Assembly: GCA_002633005.1 (NCBI GenBank)
Contig: NMRA01000283.1
Location: 470,351 to 534,350, forward strand
Source: Phoronis australis
Lineage: Eukaryota; Animalia; Phoronida
Direction: 5' to 3'
DNA length: 64,000 nucleotides
In this document: positions 1 through 11,989 of the stretch, one piece after another
How the letters are laid out: the number at the start of each line of letters is the position of its first letter
Numbering within the stretch: the stretch's first letter is position 1
Notes under the pieces: generated by a model
What the model was told of the DNA's origin: nothing
The model's database searches: none
Seen by the model: the letters and a program-made list of their open reading frames with translations, nothing else
Position numbers and translations under genes: made by a program

Positions 1-1859
1 ATTGTAAGCAAAGACCTTTTTTCTTGTAACACATATCTGGTGATATATCCTCGGTGGCTGCATTAGTACCCACATGTTATCAAATTGTTTAGAGCTTCCT
101 GGGAATTGGTTTATCAGTATCACTTGGTGGTTTAGTCAATAAGTTAGCCCTCTCTTTGTAGGCCTGTCTCATTTTCTTATTCACTTTGAACTCCTTCATT
201 TCGGCAGGATTTTTTAATCTTGAGAGTGATAAATACTCGAGGGATGATAGAGTTAAGTACTCTAAGAAAAACTGGTGTTTAAGAGAGCTCCTTTATTTTC
301 AGACATTGAAAGCGTTAAAAGACCGCAAACAGCTTGTGAAGTATCAGAGGAAGCTTGAAGGAGGGCAACATACCCGAGAGATGAGTGCAATACAGACCCT
401 GCTACAGAATCCAGTACGTAACAAAGTGATGAGCTGAGACCCATTATGAGACGAGTTTTGTTAAATGCGAAGTTCCTTTAGTTTTTAATCGCCTTAATAG
501 ATACATGCTCTAATTGGTGGCAGGCTGATCCCGCGTCAGGCTTCAGTTGTTGTAAAAGATGATCCAAGCTCATGGCAGTTAGGAAAGTACAAAAGTTCAA
601 TATTACAGGCTTCATATTTGCTACCCAGATTCTCTGAGACCCATTACGTGCACATCTATCTGTATTTTGGCTTTGAAGCTGTACCTGAGAAATAATGCCA
701 AAACTTCTTCTTGTGATTATAGACCCACAGATATCTGCAGTCTTAAACTAGATGTTTGTCATCTGTCCATTAATAGCATTGTAGTTAACCTGAAACTGTA
801 AGCAAATCAACATCTACCGCGGACTACTTTAAGGAAATACTGCTTCGTTTTACTAAAGTGTTTTAAATGGGACCGACGTCAACTGCAGATACATTCTCAC
901 AGTTAAGCGCATGGCTCTGTTATGAAATACAGTATGAATCATACAGTGTAGCTGACAGCCATACAGGTTCTGTGTTCTTTTTCAGTCCATCAAGTGGAAG
1001 ACCTGATTAGCGAAAACTCAAACTATTGTTCTACTGTCCATTCTTCTACACACTCAAGACCAAAGGTTAAAGGTCGGCTGTCATATGAGTCAATCATATT
1101 TTGTCAACCACTTAATGGTGTTTTTTGTCAAATTTTTTGCAGTTTTGTATTTTTGAGCATGTTGCCATGGGTACCTACTGACTCCTCCTTATTCTCAAAC
1201 ACACCTGCTACAGGTGCAACACATATGCAATTGTTGCTGATAATCTCTTTGTTAACAACCGTAGTGGTTCTGTCAAGGTCATTTAGAATTGGCGTGTTAA
1301 CATGAGTAGGTGATCCGGTGTTCGAGGTGCAAAGTGCTATTTTGAATCATTTGATAATGAATTTATTATCAATAGATGGCACCTTAAAAACTATAACATG
1401 CCACAAAGACTGATCGGAATAAAATATCTTTGCTTCTATCACATTCTGTAATACGAGTGAGATATGCTGTTCAGTGTAGAGTGAGCTGATATTCTTGTCC
1501 ATTTTTTGTTTCTTGTCCATTGAAAGCACCCTTTGCAGTCTGTAAACCAATCAATTTATCTGGAGATTTGCGGTTCAAGTGGAAAGTTCACTTCTCAGTA
1601 AATCCTCCTTTTCTGCTTTGCAAGGATCATGAACTTGGAATGTTGTTGAGTTGAATTGTGTACTAGATGGTGTTTGTACACAGATCACGAATGTGCTAAG
1701 CTTGCAACAACATCATCCTAAGTCACTGCTGCACATGCTTGCCTGTTGAGAATTCTGAAGTGTTATACCATACCTTCTTATCAGAAAAAGCTTTTGATTA
1801 TGCCTCACCTCACTTTCAAGAGTCTGCGTCGATTGATTACTCTTATTCCTTTTACTCAC

Positions 1860-2116
1860 CAACAATGAACATCGCCTCTGAGACAGTCCCTAGCTAGTTC
1901 CGTGACTGTTGGGAAGTTTTCCCCATCTGTTTCACTTGAATCAGAATCCTCTGGTTCGAACATGTAAGGCGTTATCCATCCAAATGTTGTTTCTACATCT
2001 TCTAAATCTTTCATGTCGCCTTACATTTCATTGAACTCTCCCGTCTCTACAGTGTCTTCAAATTTGCTGTTATTGTCACTGCTGCTTTCACTGTCAAAGT
2101 TAGAATGTCCGTCCAT
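1860..2116 (-). pseudogene. Degraded transposon-like ORF start with acidic N-terminus and PYMFEP motif (KolX/P2X7-C-terminal-like, tentative)
   Basis: Manual translation MDGHSNFDSESSSD... with an internal stop, then ITPYMFEPEDSDSSETDG around 1952-1969; GTGAGT donor near 1858. Confidence 0.3.
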
Positions 2117-2344
2117 CACGAGGTCTTAGGATTTTTTGACCCTCGTGCAAAAGTCTCACTTTTTTGTCATGGTGCGCGTGAGCCATTTGTGTAACACCAC
2201 CTTATGCCCTTTCATAATCTTTTGTCTAGGGGTGACTATAGACAGATTAGTTTCCTGGTACACGCACTCCGCCAGCATGTCGCTATGGGTTCGATAAAAC
2301 TTTATTCATTGCCAGCCTGTCCCGCACTGCACGCAGGGACCCTG

Positions 2345-2862
2345 TACTTGTTGGGCATTTTGTCCAAGATTTGGAGATGAGCGCTACTCCATAGTCTAGC
2401 AACAAATGCACTTCTATTCACGTGAAGTGCTAGTTCCGCTTCACAAGGTGGAATACTGCTGCCCTCAATGCTTCTTAGCTTCTCTAATGGGTGCTTAGCA
2501 TTTCACTTTCTTGTGTAGGCTTTGTCAACGACTTTGCACTGGTGCTTGTTGAGTGGGACAAGAGTCCGTGCTTCGTACAACACACGGACAAAATCCTGTA
2601 AGATTTTGATGACTTCTTCTGTCGGGATATCGTGGCTCAGTGAAGTAAAAGCTCTGTGGAACTTGTTACTTTTTGCCACCATTGCATGTGGTGTGTTCTT
2701 TCCTTTCCTTACAAATGTAGAGGTATAGTCACAACCAGTGAACGCGAGTAGGCCGGTGAGTGCATCACACATAGCTCGGCCTATCGCAGTACCAATCTTA
2801 GTTACATTTACATAACAAAGATTGCCTTGTCCTATAGTCCCAACCTCCATCCACGCCATCAT
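2345..2862 (-). mobile_element. Academ-like DNA transposon ORF remnant (XPG/H3TH-type GCDY region)
   Basis: ORF 2503-2862 ALTGLLAFTGCDYTSTFVRKGK; continues past the stop as IPPCEAELALHVNRSAFVARLW (about 2390-2455). Family assignment is from motif recall. Confidence 0.5.
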
Positions 2863-3374
2863 AACTGGTATTTTTGTTCATTTGAAATAATGTTTTGTCC
2901 ATAGCAGTAATTCAGAATTTTCGCATTTCCTCTTTTATACGAGTTCATTTTGGGATCCTTTTATCCCCTGGCGTCAAAACACCCCCCCCCNCCCCCCCGT
3001 GGATATGGTGTATGGAGTTACTAAACTATCTTTTGGAAAAAAAATTTTTTTGTACTTAAAAGTTAAAATAAATTGTTAATTGGTCGTTAATTAGTAGGCG
3101 TCTTAATTAATAACCCCAGGCATTTTCGCGTCTTAAGTTGCATCATTTTAATTTGGTTGGTGATAAGAATGAAATAAACATGAAACAGATGTTGCACTTG
3201 AAATCTTAATTAAATGGATTTTTGGGCCCTCTTTTGGACCCCACAGGGACCAAAACCCGGGATTGCTCAACTTAAGACACCCCTTTCCTTCAATGGTTGG
3301 TGAGTTACAATAGAATTGCGCACTCAAATCTTTTGCACTCAAAAGTGTGAATAAACTCTTGCTGGTTCTCCAAC

Positions 3375-4270
3375 TATTCCAATAGTGGATTTTCTTTAAT
3401 TCTTCACTCCCACTGGAGGATTGGCGACCACGCTTGGCTTTCACCGTGATAAGAGACGTTGCTATTTCAGCTTGAAATTTCCGCAACTTCGATAAATCTT
3501 TCTTCAGTAGACCAAGGGATTTGAAATCCCTTTGGTAGATTAACCAGGCATTGACCACAGAGATCTGCACTGTATGCCAGAATCTGTACGAGTAGTAGTA
3601 CCAGCCACGTAAGGTAATAGGGTACTTGTATTTTGACACAAACCCATCCAACAAATCCACTCCACCCATACATAATTATACTGATTGTATTCACCAACAA
3701 GGTATGGGCATGGTACCTCAATGAACTGCTTCATTGATCGGTCCCATCTTCTCACCTTATCTGTTGGCCGCGGACCAACAAATGAGGACAGCAGTGTGAT
3801 AGGCTTATTAGCGTACCACTGCACAGTGCATATGTTCGTTGACTACTCAACTCTCGTCTCATGATGACATTTGTCCTTCAGTTCTTTTTCTGTTGGCATG
3901 GAACAGCCCTTCACCCGGTTTACATCAACAGTTCCAAGAAACCACAAGCCTCTCTCCTGAAGCTTTTCAATCAGTGGGACACTTGTGAAAAAATTGTCTG
4001 CCACAACTTTATAATTCTTGCCAGGCGGCAATGTTGACGAGTGCAGGCCCGCTCTTTTATGCCCCACGGGTGAGGCTCACCACAGGTGTACTGTTTCAGT
4101 CCACTGAACTTCCCTTTGAATGGAATCATCATTTCGTCAACAGAATTGTATTCCTCGGGCGTAACTTTTAAGCAGTTGTTACGAAACATATCTAGCAAAG
4201 CTCAATTGATTTATGTTGCAAATATGCTACAATGGGTCTTGCTGGTTGCAAACAACATTTTTTGCCACAC
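3375..4270 (-). mobile_element. piggyBac transposase pseudogene (DDE_Tnp_1_7, PGBD-like), frameshifted
   Basis: Successive frames give SVDEMMIPFKGKFSGLKQY..PHPWGIK, ADNFFTSVPLIEKL, WYANKPITLLSS..CPYLVGEYN, MGGVDLLD and VVNAWLIY; broken over at least four ORFs. Confidence 0.9.
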
Positions 4271-4308
4271 CATGCATTTCCAAGGGGGTTTTGATTCTCT
4301 AAATAAAA

Positions 4309-4780
4309 TTTATTTTATTTTATTTTATTATTGTGATATTTAAAATGAGGGTGGCCTCTTCAGTGATAGCACTGCTTTCCAAGAGGGCCCTCAACCAGAA
4401 AAACAGTAATATAATACAATGAAGTAATAAAACAACAAGGAAATATACGTAACAAAGATACAATTAAAACAGTTAAGGTTGGGAATTAAGACAGTAACTA
4501 AATGACAAATAATGGTAAAAAATTAACTAAGACAGATGAAATAAATTAAGAGATGACTCTAGACAATGAGAGTATTTACGACAAAGAAAAAATGACATGA
4601 TTAAGACAGGCAGGCACTTTTTAACATTAACTTTAAAGGTAGTAATTGAATTGGACCGTTTAATTTCTGGGCTAAAAGAATTCCATATTATAGCAGCTGC
4701 ATAGATAAAAGATCTCTTGCCCGTCTCGGTTGCATATTTGCAACACGAGGCCTTCTGTGGCTTTATACAGCTTCCCATGC
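4309..4780 (-). mobile_element. 3' end of a CR1-group (L2/Crack-like) LINE abutting the piggyBac remnant
   Basis: ORF2 C-terminus GKRSFIYAAAIIWNSFSPEIKRSNSITTFKVNVKKCL; 3' stem-loop about 4348-4392; (TAAAA)n tail about 4309-4332. Confidence 0.8.
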
Positions 4781-5479
4781 ACGGTGAAATTAGTTCTTGT
4801 TCTCTGCTGAAGTTTTGCTAGATTAGAATTTCTTCTACTCATTTTTCATCTGGTGGATCGTCGGAGTAATCCTTAAGTAGGTTGCTATCGCTTACATTGC
4901 TTTTGTTCATGCTGAACAGTGCTGATGAACGGGTGAATTCTTTTCTATTATGTACATGTAGAATAGATCTAGAAAATTCAGGATCTGATCTGAATAATGC
5001 CATTTCAGTTCTGGGTCCTGTTTCCAGCACAGCATTGGAAAATTAATCTGCCTAACTTCTGTTCTTGTTCTTAGGTGCAAAACGTAATTGATTTAATTCT
5101 TGTTCTGGCTGCTATGCTAGTGTGTATAAACAACCCTGAAGATTTGTTCCTGAACTCATAGTTTGCAATGGATTCTTTGCTAAGTAGTGTACGAAATTTA
5201 GATTTTTTGACCTTTGGTATTGTCCATTACTTTACTAAGTCGTGTAAAGCAAGGTATTTGTTAAGTTATTAATATGTAATTGTTCTTGTTCGATTGTCTA
5301 TTGTTGGGATTGTAGCCGCAACAAGATTGATATGATTTTGGTCATTTTCACTATGTTTAAGTACACTTAGGCAAGTATAGTAACTGTTATCCATTAAGTG
5401 ACTGAATAAGTCAAATGTATTCAGTAATTGATAGCTACAACAAGCTAAACCAACAGATCTTGAAATTAATCCTCACACA

Positions 5480-7150
5480 GTTTGAGTCAGTCTTGATTGA
5501 TCACCATGATGACAAAGTTCCCATGTCTAAGGGGTAATGACCTCGAGAACAATGGCTGGTCCTTTCCATGGGGGTAATAGTTTCCTACACTTCCCTTTCT
5601 TAAACTAAATCCCCAACACTATACGAACGTTTGACCACTGATACATCATAATCACGTTTCATAACAACTTTGGTAGTTTGTAATGTCCCTCTAGCTGTCT
5701 CGCGAGTGTATGAAATTGCTTTACTGTAACAGTTTACATGCGTAATCGTGACGCTCGGGGCGTCTTATTATCTAGCCCGGGGCAGGACTTTTGAACTATT
5801 TTAGTGTTTAAATCGAACGTACTTTTAAGTCAAAAGAAACAATCGCCAAGTTGTAGTATATAGTATGCAGCATTTACTAACTAAACAAAACAGTATAGTC
5901 GCTAGTACGTTTACTCACAGGCAGTCTTGAGTAGCGTTGTCGGACATTGTCGGTCTTTGTTCTAGGGTTTAAGTGCGGTGGGCGTGCGTTGTGATTGATG
6001 CGTCTTATTTGTTAGACGATGAAACCCCAGCATTCTGCGGGGATAACTTATACGAGAACGATCACTTGCTTTGGGAGTAAATAGGGGTGAATTTAGATAT
6101 AGAGTTGAAATGTTTAAGGGGCTAAACCTAAGTGGGCTTACGCATTCATAACTGCGAGCTCCGCTTAGGTTGAATTTGGTAGAGCCAAAATGCAGCGTCT
6201 GTGTTGTGTTACAAAGATAAAGTCTGATAGCTTAAAAGAGTATTTGATTACGAGGTCTCTTACCAGCGTGCTACCTTACAAAAGTTGTCCACATAGCCCC
6301 TCCCTTAACGGGCAAGCCGGAAACTAATAGGCATACAACATCTCCCTTACTGGGATCATGAACCCTTAACAACTATATAGAAGAAAATCACTTAACAAGT
6401 ATAAAAATAAAAGAAAGTCACTCTGTCCCATTTTTCAGGCGTTTGTCAAATCTTAACACTACAAGTATGTCTCACAGTTTTTCACCTAAACCACAATTCA
6501 TTGCTCAATCAATCTTTCCGGGGGTTTTGAGATCCTCCCCGATCTAGTTCTCACTACCGTGGCATGCTCTATCTCTCGAGAAGGTCATCGATGTCATCAC
6601 TTTTCAAAGGGCACTTGGATTGATCAAAAGTTTGGGGCAGGATTGAAGATCGCTTGGGGCATCGCATTACTGGCCATAGAACAGTCTGTACGACGCTAGA
6701 AAGAGTGACCGAACCCCCGAAACCATGAGGTGGCCCGCTATTTATAGAGGGTGTCACATGACAAACCGGGCCAATGACAAGTCACCAAATTAAAGTTCTT
6801 GGACTTAATGGTTCCTGACCAAATAAGGTATGATCAAATTATACGAATTTACTAGTACCAACGATGACCAACAGGTGTCCTGCTAATACAGGGACAGAGA
6901 TGAGATCATTCCTGTTACACATATATCCAGTAGGATCCTCCGTATTATTTAAAGGTGGTGCATTCATGAGATCCAGTGGTCGAATGATTTCCCGACCCAG
7001 CATCCTTCTATGTGCTGTAAAACCCGTAGTGAAGAGTACCTGCACTTCCATTGGTGTCCCTTTGATGCTTTCGCATTGGCTCGCGATTGGATGACAACAC
7101 CTCCTGGTATTTTGTGCTCGACTCCACTTTTTGCTTTGACTAATTTTCAC
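5480..7150 (-). mobile_element. Nested Ty3/Gypsy LTR retrotransposon fragments
   Basis: Integrase end TTGFTAHRRMLGREIIRPLDLM (about 6960-7035); LTR-like start TGTAAC at 6919 with CTATAAATAG at 6747-6738; pol terminus VVRTRSGRISKPPERLIEQ* (6498-6560); PPT AAGGGAGGGGC at 6306-6296; LTR from TG at 6293 to about 5748; further integrase C-terminus MKRDYD..RSYSVGDLV..KLLPPWKGP (about 5530-5747). Confidence 0.8.
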
Positions 7151-7433
7151 ATTTCTGCAATCTTCAGGAAATGGTTACAAAATCCTGTCCGCAGGATTGT
7201 CTCGTCTTGCCTTTGTAATGAAATTGTCTTGTATTTTCTGTGTCTACTAGATTCACCATCATGCTGTATTTTTGTTTTGTAATCTTGCTTAATTGGGCAG
7301 AATTAGAAGTAATGATTGATGCAACATTGCTTTAGAATATCTTTTGAGTAATTTTTGGTATTGATAGGTCTGCGTCTCAAATGTGGAACATGTTCTTGAA
7401 ATGAATCCTAAACCAACCCTTCTGAATTAAACT

Positions 7434-7748
7434 GTCCAAGAGGTCATTGCTGTATTCTTTACTCCTGGACGAGTCCACTGATACAAGTCCTCTTGACCTC
7501 TTGAATCACACCATCCAGTAGGTCGCTGTGTTATTCTTTGCCTCTGAATGAGTCGATTGACACCAACCCTCTTAAAGTCTGGAATTGCACCTTCTAAGAG
7601 GTCATTTTGATATTCTTTACTTCTGAACAGTCCATTCAGGCCAATCCTCTTGACCTCTGGAATTGTGCAATCCAAGAGGTCATTGTGATATTCTTTGCCT
7701 CTGGATGGGTCCATTGAGACCAATCTCCCTTACCTATGGAATTGCACT
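7434..7748. repeat. Degenerate tandem repeat, about 79-bp unit, 4 copies
   Basis: Recurring tccaagaggtcattg..tattctttgcctctg..tcctcttgacctctggaattgcac at about 7435, 7514, 7593 and 7671. Confidence 0.8.
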
Positions 7749-9699
7749 AAAAACTGTCAATCTCCAAAAACTAATCATTGGCATAATCGTGCTAGATATA
7801 AGTGGAGACTGATGCACTGAAAACTGGAGATCAAAACTCATTTTGATTTTGTGCATGGCATGCCCTTGATCATTACAACGTGCCATGCAACTCACTTCAA
7901 TCTCCCCCTCCCCCCCTCCTTACTCCACTTGCCAACAAATTAGTACTCTTCCCGATGTTAATTCTGGCTACTATCCATTGTCTCTAATATTTTCCAAGCA
8001 ACTATAATTGTGTGTGTGGTCAGCTACAGGCGATTTTATATGTCCTACTCTGTAGACCCACATAATTGTAGGCAAAGGCTACAAGTATAAAAGGTATTCT
8101 TGCACAGATGTAATCAACTGACCTGTTTTTAATTATTTCTGTCATTCTCTGATTGCCTTAGCGAAATCATCGTCACGTCCAGTACAACTGGCTCCTGGCA
8201 GTCTGGTAAAATCTCCCATTCGCGAGAGGCAATTTTCAGTAGCGGTCATCTTCGCGTCGAATTTGCACTTTTCATAGCAGCAAATGAACTCAACTTCAGT
8301 TATGAGTCCTCATTGCTCACAGTTACACACTGGCATAAAGTATTGACATGGGCTGGTTGCACCAGCATATTTTTGTCTAAAAGGTGGTCAGTATCACTTT
8401 GAGAAGCTTCAGGCTCAAGTAGATTACCATTGCAACTGGACATTTCACTCATAAATCTCTTAAGTTCCCATAAGAATGCTACTCCACTCACTAAATTGGA
8501 TGCTGACTTCCCAGGAAGCAGAGCCCCAAGTGGGTATTTATGGAACTACTACTGACAACTCATCAAAAAATTTTCAAAATAAAATATTACGCCTCTAGTC
8601 AATATAGCTTGTGTAGTCAACGAAAAGAGTTTATATGTGAAGGAATATAAACATAATGAATATATACAAGCACGAAAAATTACATAAAATCCTAAATATT
8701 GTATTAAGACTTCTAAGTAATCAATGTTTTTTAGAACTGATATTGCAGTGTTCGTTTGACTAAATAAATTCTGTCAACTGAACCTGTTCAGAATGTCTTT
8801 GGGAGGTTCTCTATGTGATATGGCTTGAAACTGGCCAAACCTTGGATCATTGCAGATAACTTGTACACACTGTTGAGGGGATACCTTTTTACCAGATCAT
8901 TCACCATGCAAGAATATTTTTTGTCTGGTCATCCCTTCTGAAATGCCTCGAAAAGTGAGTCTCGATTACAGATGTTAATTATTCTTGAATTGGTTTGTAG
9001 ACACCTTCTTTATTGCAATTTAATGGCACTGAAGCATTCTTACACGTCCAAAGTCATCTGCTAGTTAAGCAAAGGTTTACTGTTGGAAATAGCATCCTCA
9101 AGCATAATAATGTCTTTATTCAAATTCTTGACATTTTCCTGAAAGGCGAAAATAAGATGTTGATGTATGTGATGATGGTGTATTTGCGAAGATCTTTGCC
9201 TCAGTCAACCCACAGGACTGGAGAAATAAAGTAGATCTAGAGATATAAAGTAATCACGCTCTTGGAAATTCATCCGTTAATTATAACTGGCTATGATCAT
9301 AGTAGTCACGTTTTTTAGTGGCTGCCAATGATGCCACAGAAAACTGACTGTAAACCCTCCCAACATCGCCTGAAACAACTTTTGACTGAGATCTCTTGCC
9401 ATTCTTAAAGTGGTCTGAAATTGTTGCTTAGTCAAGTTACAGGTGATTTTCACGGCTGCAAAAGAACTGACAATTCGCTGTTGCTTGAGACCAGATTTTT
9501 CAAGTTAGTCACGACAGTTTATGCATCGAGCAAATTGGTCTCAAGAAATAATGAACTGTCAGTTCTCTGCAAGCCCAGTACTTAAAACACTAACGGACAC
9601 ATTAAGGCCAATTTCATAACTGTAAATGGTCCAAATCAAAATTTTGGTTTTTTGATGGAACCTTGATTTATACCAGTTTGAATTTTTTAAGCATTTCAA

Positions 9700-10140
9700 T
9701 AGAACAACAACTTTATTGAACTTGAGGGCCTCCGAGTTCCTTTACGCTTTAGGCGATTGTCTCTTTCAATCTCGATTGGTTCAGTGATTTCCATCAGTGA
9801 TTATGTTGTTGATTTTATTTTCACAGTCCTGCCATGTTTCCATTTCAGTGCTTTCAGGAATGTTATAGAAAATGAGATTGTTACGTCTGCTCTGAGCCTC
9901 GTTCGACAGAACATGTTGTTCTAGTCGTTTAACTTTTTCTTTTAGCTCTTGAGTCTTTTTGTCAACCTTGGACAATTGACTTTTGATGTCACCAGGATGT
10001 CTGTAGACTTGATCAAAATGACCATTTATAACCTGCATCACCTGTGCGTGGGAGATATCATCCTGATTTTGAGTCGCTGCATATTCAGTGATACTGGCTA
10101 TTCGAGGCTCAGCGGTGTTTGATCCCTTTTGCTTAGGCAT
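9700..10140 (-). mobile_element. Non-LTR retrotransposon ORF1 remnant (coiled coil plus RRM-like, L1/CR1-type)
   Basis: ELKEKVKRLEQHVLSNEAQSRRNNLIFYNIPES..ETWQDCENKI, followed by a degraded IEIERDNRL..RP (IERAHR-like) segment. Confidence 0.75.
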
Positions 10141-11989
10141 TTTGAATTACATAACAAGGGAATGGATGTCCGCGTCTACCTAGTTTCAGGTTCAGTTATC
10201 ATGTACAATGTTCAACTCTCAATTGGCATTACCTGTACAAAAGTAACGTCTCAAACTCACACTGTTTTTCACTTTGTCTGTATTCTGCAGAATTACTACT
10301 TTTTGGAGTATCTAGTTCTTTGCCACTCGCTAATAATTTCTATAACTGAGAGAACAGATCTTGACACTGTCCGTCGTCAAATGCCGCGCCATCTATCAAG
10401 CATCTCACTACTTGTCAACTCGTTAAGTTCAGGCCGTCTATGCTGTGTTCATCTAATGCTTTCATGACCTTTCCTTTGAGTGTTTATGTGCACCAAGTTG
10501 TCAGAGGTACCCGGGCACATTGTTTAAAAAAACTGGAAAATTTAGTTCATGAACTTTCCTTCGCTGGTTGAGGACAGACATTGATTTTGTAAGGTACAGT
10601 TTGTTATAGCTTTGTCAGAATACCTGGATTCATTGCCTGGGTTTTTTCTAAAAGTTTCAAGTCTTTCTTTGAAATCATGCACTCCTTGAGCTTATTTAAC
10701 GTTGAAAATCGTTTTTTTCTCTTCTAGCTCAGTCATAACAAAGAGACTTGTATTATTTTCTTGATTAATGTGTAACTTTTCTTTTGAGATATGTGTTATT
10801 TCGATGGAATTTAATTGACTAAGTTATATTTTGTAAAGTGCCATAGTCATGTCTCTGCATTACTGTAATTTGTTTTACCACATTTTAAGCCTTGGGAACT
10901 TGCTGGTCTCTCGATTCTCGCTCATTCGCTGATCATCAAACAAAGATAGTATGGACCGAAAACTAGTGTCATGTAACTTGAATACAAATCGCTGACCATA
11001 AAACTCATAGTCGTATCCTGAATCATTGCTTCAAATGAATTGTCAACTTTTCATTTTGATAGTTACCAAAGAAAATTTTTCGACCAACAGTTCCGTGTAA
11101 GACATTCACTGTTGTCTAATTTATGAGCAGTGTCCTTTCCATTAGTTGATATCCGTTGCAAGTGTGGATGTCATACTGAGACATGAAACGACGGGCTCTA
11201 TTCGCTCGGCCCTTGACACCTTGCCCAATTGCTACTTTGTATCAGAGATTATTTTCCTCTGCCTGACTCATCGACTCATGTTCCATTAGGGTGTTGGACT
11301 TGTGTTTGATGGTTAGTGAAGGGGGTTAAAAGCTATAAGCCTGTTCCATCTCTGTGCAAGTAATTCAAATTTGATTTTCGTGTTAAGCTACTAGAAATTA
11401 CCTCGCTGAAATGAGAAACGATTTGTGGACTGGAATGGAACTCAAAATCTGCTGTTGCTGGAGACAAGGCTTATAAGGTGCATAGTCTCATTAAATTGTG
11501 AATATGCAAATGAGGTACTAATTTACAAACAATCCTGGGTCTTCCAGTGTGCCGGAAACCATCTGAGAACCAGTTACCATTACAATCTTGCAAAAGTCTG
11601 GTTTTGCAAGACCTTTTATGCAAATGAGTGTGGTATATTTGCACTTGTTTGTAAGTGTATCAGTTGTAGTGTTTTCTTTAAAACCGCAATTTATTTACAA
11701 ATTATTTCTTCCTTATTATACTTGTACACACAGTTCTCCAGGAAGTCACTAGGTGGTGCTTGGTACAAATTTACTTATTCACGTTTTTAATGAGACAGAG
11801 CATCTTTGACAAGTTGGATTGTCAAAGCGGGTCATTAAGTTCGTTTCTTTGACAGAGCATGGGTTTAATATAGCTTTTGTGTATTTATTGTCCACTCAAT
11901 GTGGTGTTTGTATGTCATTTGAAATAATGCAATAAAGATTTATTTTGTTAAAAAATATTTTCTCTTCCAACAAGACATTGTACATTACA

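Noticed and set aside
2982-2998. Poly-C tract as a G-quadruplex or regulatory element
   Set aside because: Contains an N at 2991, so it is a contig join of uncertain length
8300-8540. Possible exon of a second host gene
   Set aside because: No recognisable motif in the frames I translated and no partner exons
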